Assembly: GCF_036321535.1 (NCBI RefSeq)
Contig: NC_087436.1
Location: forward strand, 6,138,001-6,202,000
From: Camelus dromedarius
Taxonomy: Eukaryota
Length of the DNA stretch: 64,000 bases
Direction: 5' to 3'
In this document: positions 38,850 through 52,649 of the stretch, one piece after another
Numbering within the stretch: the first letter of the stretch is position 1
Layout of the letters: every line of letters starts with the position of its first letter
Translations under genes and position numbers: made by a program
The notes under the pieces: generated by a model
What the model saw: only the letters and a program-made list of their open reading frames with translations
Database searches by the model: none
Told to the model about the DNA's origin: nothing

Positions 38850-39217
38850 TGTCTAAGTCTACTCAGGCAGCCATAACAAAAGCCTGCAGACTGGGTGGAT
38901 TAGAGAACAGAAGTTTATTTTTCACAGCAAGAGGTTGGGACGTCCAGCATCAGGGTGCCGGCAGATTTAGGTCGAGGTGAGAGCTCTCTTTCTGGCTTCC
39001 AGACACCTGCCTTCTCACTGTGTCCTCACATGGCCTTTCCCCAGCACGTACACACACTCAGATTTCTCTTTTTTCTTCTTCTTGTAAGGCCGCTCCACCC
39101 TCATGGCCCGATCTAGCTCTGATGACTTCCCAAAGACCCCACCTCCACATTCCATAACATTGAGAATTAGGATTTCAATATTTGAATTTGGGGAAGACAC
39201 AAATTCCTTCCCTAACA
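38850..39217 (-). mobile_element. MaLR solo LTR (MLT1A-C-like)
   Basis: TG...CA; gccataacaaa...cagactgggtgg...cagaagtttatt...ctgtgtcctcacatggcc...gacacaaatt. Confidence 0.8.
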
Positions 39218-39514
39218 CCCATCGTGAAGTTGGCTCCAGAGTTACCAAAACTAACAACTGGTTTTGAGATTGTACTTCAGTTCAGAATTGTGAACCTCCT
39301 CATGAGCTCTGAGTTTGACAGGACTCGTAAGTAAATGGTAGCTGCTGCTGCTTCCAAGGTCAATGTTAGGCTAGCAGTAGCCATCTCATTCCCCATCAGA
39401 TATAAATAAGTCTCTGAGATCATTCACTGCAATCTTGGGTAGTGACAAATTTTTATTAGTCTTGGGTATTTCTGTGGACTCCAGATTAGGACAAAATTCA
39501 AGAATAGCAGTCAA

Positions 39515-40215
39515 AGAGGAAGATGGCGGGTAAAGACAGTGGCTTGACTATACAGATCGAATTTTGGCCCATCCTGAAAGTACATTAAAACTACAATTAA
39601 AAGTTTAAAGGAAAAAGCATGCACCAAGAAATGTGGACAGAAGAATATATCAACAACATTGTTTGGAAGCTGGAAAGCACGTGGACCAGAGATTCTTATT
39701 CAGGGCACTCTAGGAACCCAGTCCTCACCTCAAAATCTTCACATGGCTAGGCTACTCATAGGAGCAAATCACTTTGTAACTTGGGGTACAGGGAATACTG
39801 AAATAAAAAGGATGCACTGAAAGCTGCTTAATAAATAGTCAGAAACGTAGATCCCCAATCAGCTCCACCCCTCCAGAGGGCGGTCCATCCCCAAGCCCAG
39901 GAAGACTGAATGTTTGTTTCATGGACAAGAGAAAATAGAAGATTCATAGATTTGGGGAAATCTGTTGAGTGGATGAGCACAAATGAAAAATAAGGGGAAT
40001 TAAATGAACATATGAACACTGAGCGATAAATTCTGAGGCCCTATTGTTGTTCCATCTGGGTTCTAAGAACACTGAAAGCCAGGGATTCATTCTCCAGGGA
40101 GCTGGAATTTCCAGAACTTGAACTCTGAGCGGCCTTAGAGGGGAAGACCTAAAGACACAGGCACTGAAGTTTTCCCAGCAAAGACTCAGCCAGGTGACCC
40201 AACAGAGAGAGACCA
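39515..40215 (+). mobile_element. Ancient L1M 5' end remnant
   Basis: Starts aagatggcgg (the YY1 motif typical of L1 5' ends) and contains tttggaagctggaaagca. Confidence 0.45.
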
Positions 40216-41269
40216 GAAAGAAAGAGAATGGCTTTACATCTCTGGGTCTGAGAGGTGGATCTTAATTATGATTCTAGGAAGTCCTTACGTTTACTCAGAT
40301 CCCTCCCAGATAGGAAGAATTAGAGTCAAGAGGGAGTAAACTTGGGTTCTATGTAAGGCTGGGAGTGTATCAAAAATGTGGGTCCTCACCAAAGATGACG
40401 CTACAGAAAAGATAGTTTATGAGCTGAAGAGGGTTATAAGATGGCAGCTGATAAAAAGCACATAGGCTGATATTCCAGAAAGAGCAACTGGGACTTGATG
40501 AAGCTAGATTTCAAAGTAGAAGAGGAAGTTTCAATGTCTCAATTCCACCGAGCATCCGGCAGCCACAGACCTAGGCTTACTTCCGGGAGTCATGCAAAGA
40601 AACAGTGCTGAAGTCCCAGCGGCAGAGCTCACAGTAGAGAAGGGGCATTCCCTCCTGCATATCGGTTAGTCTGTTAATCTTCCCTCTTGGGCTAGGAACG
40701 TGCAGGTCTATGTCCATATGAAAACACAGGTCCAGTTTAGCTCCCTGTGGAGTTCAGCATGGCGCTGCTGTTCAGCACATGACCCGTCTACCGGCACGGT
40801 GGGCGGACTAAGAAATCCTTGGACCTCACACTCAACGTTCTCTCCAGAGCAGGAGGCAGTTGAGGTGGGGGGGGGGTACAGAGAATCAACCGTAATTTCT
40901 GGGAAGTACACCAGCCACAAAAAGAATGATAGACAGAAAGGCTAAGCCACCAAATACACAGATCCACACAGAAGACGAGCTCCCAGCTGTGTCAAGGCCA
41001 CCACCAAGAACGAGCTAACACGTTGGAGGGAAAAGTTGCAGGAAGGCTAAAGAAGCTTTATGAATTATGCTCTGAACAAGGAAAACTGGAGGCTTTGGTC
41101 ACATGCTCAGGGGTGAGTCGTATGTCAGACCCTGAGAATGACAAAACACGCTGGACATAAGCAGGCAGAAGGAGAAACAATCAGAGAAGCAGTCATGACT
41201 TGCACGTGCTTAAATGCTTTGTGAAAGAGGAATGAGAATTGTTTCAGAGATCTCGCATTTTCACAGCTG

Positions 41270-41706
41270 AGTGTGACCCACTGCATCCGCGCTGCGATCA
41301 GCTCACAAAGGCAGGACGGATCCCACCCAGAACCTGGCTCCGATGGAGAGATTTAGCGTCGCTGCACACACACTGAGAGGGTGTGAAAGGTTCATTGCTG
41401 GGTCTCACAATGAATGAGACTTTCTGGGGAAAGTTTTGCAGGCTCCCAAGCAGGTCTGAAAGTGGCTTTAGAAATTGCAGGGAAAGGAGACAGGCTTTGC
41501 TCCTATTGTAATTAGGCGGCGGGGCTGGGTGAGGAGTCAAGCTGGCGGATCACGACTTGCAGGGTTCAAATTTACTGCTGATGCCAAAGGAGGGAAAACT
41601 GGACTTTCTTATCAGCTTATTCAGATGAAGGGCAGAGGGGGAGGCGACGGGTGGGATTTGAAAGCTGTTGGCAAACATCAATCCTGGAATCAGCGTCTTT
41701 GTGAGA
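41270..41706 (-). mobile_element. Ancient LTR (family not assigned)
   Basis: gccaaaggaggg...ctttcttatcagctt...tttgaaagctgttggcaaacatcaa...tggaatcag resembles an old eutherian LTR in antisense. Confidence 0.5.
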
Positions 41707-42120
41707 ACCTAGCATCCTTAACGTTGACATGGCAAGAACTACCCTTGGAAAGGAAAATCTCGCTTTTGGAGATGAGATGGTGAAGAACTCTCCTTGGGAT
41801 TCTGCGACTATGTTCTTGCATGATAAATGAGGCGACTTAGAAACATCCAATTATCTCAATTCCTAAATTAAACAAAAATTGTCTCAAAGATGGAATCTTG
41901 GAGGAATATTATAATTCGCTTGTACAGCAGCTAATACAACATTAGTGCTCGAAGAGTTAAACAATAACTAAGTCAGAGGAATATTTTTGCCACCATTTCA
42001 GTTCCAAATCAGATAAAATTCACAATGAGCTGGACGAATATGCAAATGTGCACTGGGTTTCAGTCACATCAAACCAATCTGGATAATTCAAGAAATGCCC
42101 TTGATTCAAAGATGCCTTTT

Positions 42121-42311
42121 TTAATTTTTATTAAAAGCTAAAAAATAGAGCTGCCATAAGATCCAGCAATCCCATTCCTGGGCATATATCCAGAAAAGAT
42201 GAAAAGTCTAATTTGAAAAGATACATGAACCCCAGTGTTCACAGCAGCACTGCTTACATAGAAGCAGCCTAAATGTCCATCAGTAGACAACTGGCTTAGG
42301 AAAATGTGGTA

Positions 42312-42362
<51 letters not shown>

Positions 42363-42873
42363 GCATATATGTGTGTGTGTGTGTATAAAATGGAATATTA
42401 GCCATAAAAAAGAATGAAATAATACTATTTGCAGCAACATGAATGGACTTAGAGATTGTCATACTAAGTGAAGAAAGTCAGAAAGACAAATACTATGTGA
42501 TATTACTTATATGTGGAATCTAAAAAATGATACAAATGAACTTATTTACAAAACAGAAACAGAATCATAGACACGGAAAACAAACTAACGGTTACCAAAG
42601 AGGAAAGAGGGAGAAGGGATAAATTAGGAGTTTGGGACTAGCACATGCAGACCACTGTACATAAAATATATGAACAAGGACCTACTGTATAGGTATTCAA
42701 TATTTTGTAATAAGCTATAATGCAGAAGAATCTGAAAAACTATATATATATATATATATATATACTTATATATATATATATATATATATATAAATGAATC
42801 ACTTTGCTATACCCTCGAAACATTGTAAATCAACAATATTTCAGTAAAAATAAATTTTAAAATTTAAGAATTT
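42121..42873 (+). mobile_element. 5'-truncated LINE-1 with TSD and internal (TG)/(TA) microsatellites
   Basis: ORF2 end atagagctgccataagatccagcaatccc through the 3' UTR; TSD aaagatg(c/t)ctttt (42108-42120 / 42874-42886). Confidence 0.9.
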
Positions 42874-44889
42874 AAAGATGTCTTTTAAGTTGGAAAGTTC
42901 CCAGATGCCAGATTTAAAGGCATATTGCCTTTCAATACTTATTTGATAATGCTGTTTTTGAATTACTGCTCATTTTTGCATAATCGTCCATGTACCTAAG
43001 AAAATATGCCTCTGTCCTGTAATTATAACGTGGTTGACTTAAAGTTCTCTATTAGTGAGTCCCAGTCAGGGCTCAGGGATTTTTTTTTTTTCTCAAAAAA
43101 AAAAAAAAAAACACAGATCTGTCAGAAATAACACCTGCTAAGTGTTAAAATGGAGGCACATAAATAAATATGCATCTTTACTATCATTCTTGCGAGAGCG
43201 TATATTTATTTTAGCTTTGAAAATTTCATGTGACTCGGAGACTGACCCCTGAAACTCTGTATTATAAAACTGAGTGCAGTGAAGTGACTGTTGGTTTGCC
43301 TGATAATCCTGCAAAAATGATTGGTGATGAACGCAAGTTAGAGACAAGAAGAAATATAATAACCGCCCCCAATAAAATTTTTCAGTTAGAAATTTTACTT
43401 ATATATACCTAATAGAGGAAACTGTGGAAAATACTGAAAATATAAAGACGAAATGTAAATCATATAATCCTATCAGGTAGTAATATCTACTGTTAAACTT
43501 CTGAGCTTTATTTTCAATAATGTAAGTTTTTATGTGTGTGAGAGAACGTGTTCTCTAAAACACTGCTTTATGCCTTGTGTCTGTATATACAGATAAACAT
43601 GCAAATAGAAATACACTTCTAGCTTTCATTTTGCATGGTGCTATGCTGTATTTTTCCATGCTATTAGATTTCCTTCAAAAATACTAATCTTATGTGACTG
43701 TGATCTCCCATATTATCAATATAACACGATTTATTTAACTTTTAACCCTATGACTGGACATTTCGTTTGTGGCCAGGAAGAGGGTTGAATGTCTTTGTCA
43801 TAAATAATATGTTAATGACCATACTTGTATATAAAAATTTATACTAATCTCAGAGTATTTCCTTTGGCTATAAGCAGTGCTTTATTGGGTCACAGTATTT
43901 TGCCATTACATTCATACCCAAATCTCTTCACAAAGGGGTCGCATCATGTTGGCAGTCCATCTAAAGCCCCTTCTACCATACCTCCACCATCACTGAATAT
44001 TTCCTTTTGAAAAAATAACTTCAACAGTATTATACAGAGACATGATACACCATTTCAAGGTTATCTTAGAATTTTTATAATATAAGCCAGATGTATTTCC
44101 CTTTTGTGAATTCTACCTCTAAGTTTGTTCGATATTTTTATATTGAGTAACCAAAGCATTTTTAATGATTATTATTCATTTATAAGCACAAGGTTTTAAC
44201 ATTGTTTTCTTATGTAATTTTAAATTCTTCATTCGTTTTTCAAAAACAAATAAGGTTGCTTCAACTGGGCAATAGTAACTCTCCAATAATCCTAAATACA
44301 CACAAGATTCGATATCAACAAAACATTTAAAGGACATTTCTTGCTTTCTTCTTTCCCAGTGACCTCTAAGCAGACTTTCTGGGCTGGAGGAGAGCACATA
44401 CGTCTTGCATGGCATCTGGGGGCTTCATTTTTCCCTGACAGCCTGTCTTCCTGAGCCCTCACTGTGCATAATAGATGTGCCCACTTACACAAGTACAATG
44501 AAATGTGAGGAACTGAGGAAAAGCTCTCTTTTGTGGGGAAGGAGGGCCACACATGTCTTTGGAATGGAAGGAATGTGACCCTACATGGACAGGAGTCACA
44601 TTCTCTATCAATAGGGCCCTATGGCAGTAACTTCATCAGCCTGAACTATTATGTTCATTCTCAGGGAATAACAAAAGAATTGCTAAATTTTTTGTAAGTT
44701 TCATCAGAGGGCGGGAAGACGTTCATGAAGTAAGATCTGGTGTTGAAATTACAAATGTGACATTGTATCAGGAATGCCACGTCCAGAATCTGCCCTTTGA
44801 CAGCAAGACAGTTCTTGACCTTTGGCTTTTTACAAATTGTGGTTAAACTAAAACACTGTCTGGAAATCCTCCAGTTCACATCTGCATGA

Positions 44890-46120
44890 TATTGCAACTA
44901 TGTTAAGAAAAGGGAAATAAAGGTATGAAAAATAAACACAGATGCATTTTTTTTTATAACAGTGTGGAGAAGGAAACTTTTCTAACCCTCACGTAAAGTG
45001 TAGAAATCATTAAAGTAAGTGATAAAATTATCAGGGAGTTTCTTTTAAGTGCCATTATAAGAAAAAACTAATCACAAAGTGATCAAAAGAAAGACAAGTG
45101 TCAAACTTAAAAATATAAAGAAACTTTGTTGCAGGCAATCTGTAATCTTCCCAATACACTAATACCTAGGAATTCAGACAAAAGCCAACAACTCAACAGA
45201 AAAATAAGCAAAGATGTGCATGATTCTTTGACAATCAAATAAAAATATTCCCTGAGAAATAAAAAAATGTGCAACCTCATTCACGAAAAATAAACCCTAA
45301 TAAAATACAATAATGTGTTTTGCCTGTATTAATACTGGTCAAAATTCAAAATGTTTGACAATATACTCTGTTGGTGAAGTTGTATGAAAAAAACAACATT
45401 TTCAATCATTTCTGGTGGGATTACAAAATACCACATCCTATACAGAGAGCAATTTGATAAAGCTGAACAAAATTAAAAAGCTTTTATCTGGCAAAAATCC
45501 TTACGGGAAATTACCCTGCAGAAGCACCTAAATGATTTTTATGCAGACAGTTATTTTCTTGCAGTACTTTTCTGTCAGCAAATGAACCAGTGACAATTAG
45601 TCATGTCCATCTAAAGGGGACTGGATTAAACAGACTATGGTGTTGTTACATATGTAATTTGTTTTCAGTTGAAGACGTTTTTACATGCAATATAATGTAT
45701 ATGTGCAGTCAAACTATAATAATTCTACTTAATAAAACTGAAAAAAGAAAAAAAATTGAAGACTTTTTTATACCTTGATATGGAAAATTCTCCAGGATAC
45801 ATAGTTAAGTGAATAAAACAAAAACAAAATAAAACAACACAAACAAGCAGACAAAACACATAGTCAATGTACATAACAGTGTCACACCATTTGTTTAGGA
45901 AGGTAATGATATATATTTACATTTGCCTGTATTTACATAAACACTGGAAGTTTACAAAGGAACACATAAAACCTGGTTCTGTAAGGGAATTCAGTCAACT
46001 CAGGGTGGCCAGGGACAGGGACAATGACTAGATATCTAACTGCATCTCTTTGTATATGTCACTTGGATTTTTAAACTTCACAAATGCACTACAAACTCAA
46101 AAAAAAAAAAAAACCTTTTT
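44890..46120 (+). mobile_element. Old L1M (L1ME-like) ORF2 end / 3' UTR
   Basis: caactcaacagaaaaataagcaaagatg...atactctgttggtgaagttg...atgtccatctaaaggggactggattaaac. Confidence 0.65.
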
Positions 46121-48209
46121 AAATTCAATACATATAAAATATTTTGCCAAACCTCAGAATATTATAGAATAGAAATACTGCATAGTAGGCTTTCAATGAC
46201 TGTATGTTGAGAGCATGAATGTGTTAGAATAAAATTTGTCTCTTCCATAAACAAATGCAAGGAAGGACAGAAAGGAGGAAGTTAAAAAGACAGATAAGGG
46301 AAGGAGAGAAGAATAAATTCCATGTGACTTTCGTGTTCACACCTTCTATTTTTATTTAAGGTTAATTTTAAATACGACATTTGTTGTCTTATCAGAAAAC
46401 ATTTCATCTGAGTGCCAACAGAAATTCTTTGAGTAACGCTGTATCAAGCAAGAAGCATTAGAGCCTTTTATGAATACATATGGTGTAATTATTGAGATAC
46501 TGTTCAAACATATATATATACCCACTGAGTGTACAAGTTCATTAAATTCTTCATGCAAAAGAAAATTTGAGGTGAGTAGCACTATTCCTCAATTTAGAGT
46601 TTTCAATCAAAAAAAGACTTGATTTCAATTTTCCGAACTGATTTCCCAGACTTGTATTTCTGTTCAGCTTGGCTGTGTGTTTGATTTATTTCAGCCTCAT
46701 TTTTTCACGGGACTCTTTAAGAGTGTATGAGAAATGTGTTTCATTTTCCATGTATGTAGGGACCAGAATTATTGGATTTTTATTACTAATACTAAAAATT
46801 TTACCCATAATGCCAGAAGTAAATTTCAGGCAGTATAATGCCATTAGAAAGATTCAAAGGGTGAAAAATGAGACATTGTTGAGAAGGTGGGAGATTGCAT
46901 GGGTCCATCATCCCGGCTGTGAATCTTTGCTCGGGGTAAGTTTTGCTGAGTAGTTAGTTCCTCACTGAGCTTTAATCACACATATTCATATTTAATTAAC
47001 TGTTAAGTAGATCCAGCGATGGATGGGGAAGGCTCCAGCTGCAGAGGCGTGAAAGTCTATTCTACAGAGAGCTCGCTGTCCAGAGTGCACGTAGATACAT
47101 AGGGGAGGCAGGCATTAACATTCAGACCACAGAACGTGGTTGAGTGAGGGGTGGGAGGGTCGAGGGCACTGGATTTGTGGTCCAGCAGGATGTCACCAAT
47201 GGATGGACAGCTTGGCCATGGGACCCCCGTTCCCCTCCTTCCCCACCCAGTGTTCATTGTGCTTATCCTGAACCTGATCGGTCACCGTAGACTGAGTCTA
47301 TCCAGGCAAATAACTATTACCATTGTAAATCTCCAGGTCGAGATGGGCCACACCTGGACTTCATGGAGAAACCCCCGCACCCCCGCATCACCCTGGGAGG
47401 TGGAGACCAGGCACTTACCAGGCGCTGGCGCTTGATGCTGTGTCTGGGTTCCCTTAGAGAAGTGTTGGATTGTTAATATTGACCTTTATAAATTTTATCC
47501 TGAATGTGCAAACGAGAAGGAGGTATTCTGTATCAAAGACAGACAACTATTTTTCACTTAAAAAGCAAATAATGCCATTGTGGTCCCTCACAGCTGGATT
47601 CTTACCCCAAGGGTGACTGGAGGAAAGTCGGGGAAAATGTCCTACCCGCGCAAACTTCTACATCTCCAAAGGAACAGGGAATAGTGCATTTTCTCTGCGT
47701 CCAGTAGAGAGACAGCTATCCGCCGACCCTTTTGAAAAGAGAGGATTAAGAAAGAATAATAACTTTTGCTCTTTTGGGAAGTAATGGCAAGAATCCTGGA
47801 TTCTCACCCTGAACTTCTGGAATGCAAATACATCTTTCCAAGGGCCAGATAAACACTGAATGTCTCCTGCTTCTGGGACCTAGAGAAGCTGCCAAGTTCT
47901 GGGCTTCATAGGATTTGGAATGTAAACAGCTGGGAGGAGAGTTTTCCAGTCTTTCTGGCACCTTGGGACTTAACCTAGGGACAGAGTCCAAATTGCCACA
48001 GGTCTGATTCTCCTAATACATGCAGGGTAAAAGGCTTCCAGGAAAAAAAACCAAACATTGCCTATCTTTACGTCCTGTACGTTTCCTTGTCTCAGAAGGC
48101 TGCAGCTTTCCACAGGGGCACTGAGAAATCTGGGGAGTTCTGTTTCCCCACAAAAAGGAGGAGGTATATTTTCACTCAGGATGGAGAATAGAACCTCGGT
48201 ATTTGACAC

Positions 48210-48400
48210 CAGTATCCCAGCATCGTTTCTGCTCTCCCTCCTCAGTCATGTGGTAAAACGGGGCTTCATGGTCCCTTGAAGTTGGCCACAGTCATGTGAT
48301 TTGTGTCAGCCAATGACGTGGGAGTGGAGGAGTGGGTGTCATTTGCAGGGAGAAAGCTTGAAAAAACAGAGCCCTGTGACCCCATCCCTAAGTGGTAGAC
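48210..48400 (+). mobile_element. MLT1-like LTR fragment
   Basis: cccttgaagttggccacagtcatgtgatttgtgtcagccaatgacgtgggagtgg. Confidence 0.65.
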
Positions 48401-49026
48401 ACTCTGATCCCTGCATCCATGTCAAACTTTTTCAGTGTTTACTTCCACTCTTACTTAATTACTACATAAACCACGCCCTGGAGTGACTGTAGAAGAGTAG
48501 GGTGACTGAGTTCTCTTCTTTATGTCTGCATGCGTGCTATCCCTCAGTTCAGTGTTTTAAGACGCCTTTACTCAGATCTAATTGGACCTGCTCTCGGGCA
48601 ACAGAAAGATCCACCTGTTGATGAACAAGTGCTGTGAGCTGATTAAAACAGAGCAACGTTTCAAATCACACAAGTATGCTTTTGCACATAAAAGCTATTC
48701 AATTTGGGAGTAATAAAGACACTCTGGATATTAATCTGAACCTTCTCTCTAATTTTACAACAATTTAGCTCAAACTAAAAATATAGAAAGGGGATATTTG
48801 GTGTGCGTTGTGGAAAGATCATGGACCTTGTGCTGTGAGGGCGACTAGACAAGGAAGACAGAGACCTGCATTCTGTTCTTTCAGAAAAGGACATAAACCC
48901 CGCCTTTCAGCACAAGGTTCAGAACGACAGAAGAAATTGGGCGCCGCACACAAACGCTGTCATACAGTTGCCAAAATCTGAAAAGAAGACTGTTCAAACT
49001 CTAAATCATTCTCAAAAATTAGAATG

Positions 49027-49288
49027 CAGTATGAGCTTGCTGCTTATTCGTTTGACATACATTAGTATCTGCAAATCTCAAAATTCCAATTTATCCCTTC
49101 TAGATAAACAAGTTCATACTGTATAGCACAGCAAATTAGATTCAATACCCTGTAGTAATTTATGGTGAAAAGTAATATGAAAACGAATCTATGTATGTTC
49201 ATGTAGGACTGAAGCATTGTGCTGTACGCCAGAAATTGACACAACATTGTGAACTGACTAGACTTCAATAAAAATATATTTTAAAAAA
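49027..49288 (+). mobile_element. Short LINE-1 3' end with small 5' inversion
   Basis: Antisense tagtatctgcaaatctcaaaattccaatttatccc, then sense tagataaacaag...cttcaataaaa; TSD agaatgca (49021-49028 / 49289-49296). Confidence 0.8.
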
Positions 49289-51394
49289 AGAATGCAATTG
49301 GCTAGGTATGTATTTAGCTATTCCAAATAGGTAATTCGGAATAATGTATTTAACCTCTTGAGGCCTCTGTTACATTATCAGAGATTAAATTTTAAAGCAC
49401 ATTATATTTTAATTCTCTAAGTTGATGTTTGGACCAAATGCTCTATTACTAAAGTGTCTTCTTTATATTAGACCTTTCATTTATGATGCACGAGGGAGCA
49501 AAGGAGTGTGGTTTTTTGTTTTTTCTTAGTATCTATTAGTATCTAAGTAGGCTTTTTTCTTTTTTCAATCTCAGAAAAGTGAGTAAGAACAGACATCAAG
49601 TCCAGACCGAACTTTCCTGACTCCGGTTCCCACACCAGCTCCTGGGAAAGGGTTTCCTCCCTCATTGAGAATGTTCTATGAATCAATCCCACCAAGGGCC
49701 CTGGGATTCCAGAGGAACTTTTGCAATGATACTCTGAGATTTTGGCTCTGAGGAAGAATGCAGGATTTTTAAGAGTTTTGACATATTATGTGTCATTCTA
49801 CTATAAGTTAAAAAAATATATGTTCAGAAAAAACTTTCCCCCAATACCCTAGCACCAAATGCATCACAGAGACCTCGTAAGGGACTTTAAAAGAATCCCA
49901 CCCTGAGCCCCAACCCCGAGAAGATCTCATGGTACCTGCTTTAAACTCCATTGGGAGCAGGGAACTTGAAGGTCATCCAACACATTCACATTCCAGGCAT
50001 CTAAGACCTGGAATGGGACCCCGTTTCCTCACAACATGGCAAAACTGTCCCTCCCAACTCTCCGACAGACTTGGGATATTTTAAGTCATTCCTGGTGACA
50101 TCATATCGCACAGAATAGAAGGTCCATAATAAGAAAATAGACTAATTCTGTCCTCTCTTCACCTCCTTTCCTCATTGCCTCCCAGACCAACAACACAACA
50201 ATTCTGGTGATGTTTCAGAGAAGGAATATGACCGGGCCTGTCATTTTAAAACAGGACGTGCAGAAGCCGTTTCCTTAGACTCAAGCATCATGATGCTACA
50301 TTGCGTTACTTCCAAAGAAGAGAGGCTAATATTGTCTGTTAGTTTTTTTAATCTACCACATCACATCTCTGAAATTATTGAAATAATGGATGTAAAAATA
50401 TCTGGAACAGCGTCTGGCACTTAGAAGCCAGTTAATAAATGTGTGTTCTATAAAGGATAACTGACACTATTAAATTTTTTTTTAAAGCAAAAACCCTTAT
50501 TTAATAAATGGTGCTTCCCAAACCTAGGTCTTCTAGAGACTTAAAAAACAGTATCATATTTCACTCAAAGCCGATGACCTCTGCTGTCACCTCCAGGCAA
50601 AATCAACTCTCACATCCACATGGATGAGAGACTCAGCTGCTGAGCGCCGTGGCTTTCTAACACCATAGGAACTTTACATCAATAAAAGAATACGAAAATA
50701 TGACACATTTGGCTGCTAATTTATATGGTAAAAGTATATATCACTTACACGGTAACTCTTTCCTAAGAGTTATCTTCAAATCCTGTAAGAAATTAAAATA
50801 TTTTCAAAGATATTTCCTCCTATTCCACAAATTTCCCATCTTCAGGATAATTACAATAAATTAAATGTGTTCCTATTTCCAATAATTTGTTCAGGAACAA
50901 AATACTAGTTAAGGTAAAGACATTTTTAGGACCTAAAGTTATGATAAACATGAACCGAAGTTGCTCAGCCATGTACCTGTCGAATCTAACTCTGAAAATG
51001 AAGTAATAGGTTATAGTATAATTCAACAAGTGATGAAAATATAGCTCACCTTGAATTATATTCCTTATGTTGACTGCTTGTCAACATTAGCAATTTTACC
51101 AAGATAAATAAATATGCAGTTGGAGACAAAGAACATACAATAAAAAATTTGGCATGCTGTACTTCTATTGCTCTACAGGCTTCTATTTTTTTTCTATGAT
51201 AACAGGTCTGCCTGTGTTATTTCAGAGCCCCTCAGACGTCAGAGGGAGCTCTGTGTGCTGACGGGTCACATGGGCAGTAAGCAAAGAGGTCAGTGGTGTG
51301 TCTAAAGGATACCAAGCAGGCCAGGATGTCCTTCCAGACCCTCACATGCACTGACCTATTGATGCCTGGCAGTCTAGAATACTTTATCCCTCAG

Positions 51395-51545
51395 ATGAGA
51401 AGTTCTAAGTAAGAGTGTCCATCAATGTTTTAAAAGACTATTTAAAAATACAGATGTCCAGTCCCCATCCCGAACTACTGACTCAGAATATCTGGGGGTT
51501 GGATAAAGTAGGTGTGAAAACTTTGATCTCTACTAATTCCCAAAC
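51395..51545. mobile_element. MER5A-like hAT fragment
   Basis: aaaatacagatgtccagtccccatcccgaactactgactcagaatatctgggg. Confidence 0.6.
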
Positions 51546-52649
51546 CCTCTCTCCATCTCACCCACATTCCTGGCAGAGCTCTCTCCCAAAGCTACTTTCA
51601 AACATTTATATTTCAGTATGAATTACCTGGAAGAAAATTTTGAAGAGAAAATAGAGAGTCCATCATGGTAGCTCTGGAAAAACCAATTGTAAGTTTCAGA
51701 AAAGGGTGGACTTCCATCTCATGGGTTGGGTCTAGCAGAAACTTAGGAGAAAATAAAATATCACAGGACTTCACAAAGTGAACAAGCCCTCAGCTTATTT
51801 TTTTTTTCACAAAGAAACTCTAAAACAATACATTTTTGTAATAGCTTGAAAGACTTTCAAAAATTGCACAGTAGAGTAAAAGTCAAGTAGAAAAATTAGA
51901 AAAAGCCCCCTTGCCCACAAATGGATAACAGTTAATATATAGAGAGAAATAGTTTGCAGGGCTTTGAACAATTACAAAGCACTTTTCACATATTTCATAT
52001 CATTCATGCATCAAAGCAACCTTATTGTTTGGTAGAATTCGGTGCAAGTAGAGAGCGATTAACACTATGTTATAGATGAGGAGGTTCCAAGAGGTAGGGT
52101 GGCTTTGCCAGTGTCCCACCTCCAGGATCCAAGAGCGTGTGCTTTAATCTGTTTGCCTAATGATAAACAGTCCACTTGCTAAATCACAGCTCTCCCTGGA
52201 AAACAAGTAGAAGTTGATTAATTAGTGTAATATTCCTGCCTTTGCAGTCTAACAGATTAAAACATACGGGCTCAGTCTTTCTCAAGGGAAAAGCATTCTT
52301 CTTGGGTCTCTCATTAAACCCAGAGGATCGTCTTGCTAAGTGTTTCTTAGCCAAGTTCCCAATTTTTGTTAGTGGTGTGGAGAACGTTTGGATGCTTTTC
52401 TCCCTTTGGTGCTGCAGGAGGCAGGGGCTGTGTCAAGCCCTCTCCTTCAACTGCTTCCACGTCATTGCAGCACAGGGAGTATCTGTTAGAACATCACCTA
52501 GCATCCCAAGATAAACTGGATTCCAATCTCAGGTTCCCAGATTGTCTTGGGAGTTCCATCGTTTGCTGTCTATATCCAGCAGAGGTGAGATCAAAGCCAA
52601 CATCTAACGTTTGACTCTCCTTTTTCTGCTTCAGTTTCGTCTCCACCCC

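Noticed and set aside
43080..43111. Poly-T/poly-A hairpin as a terminator or structured RNA
   Set aside because: Low-complexity homopolymers with no supporting context.
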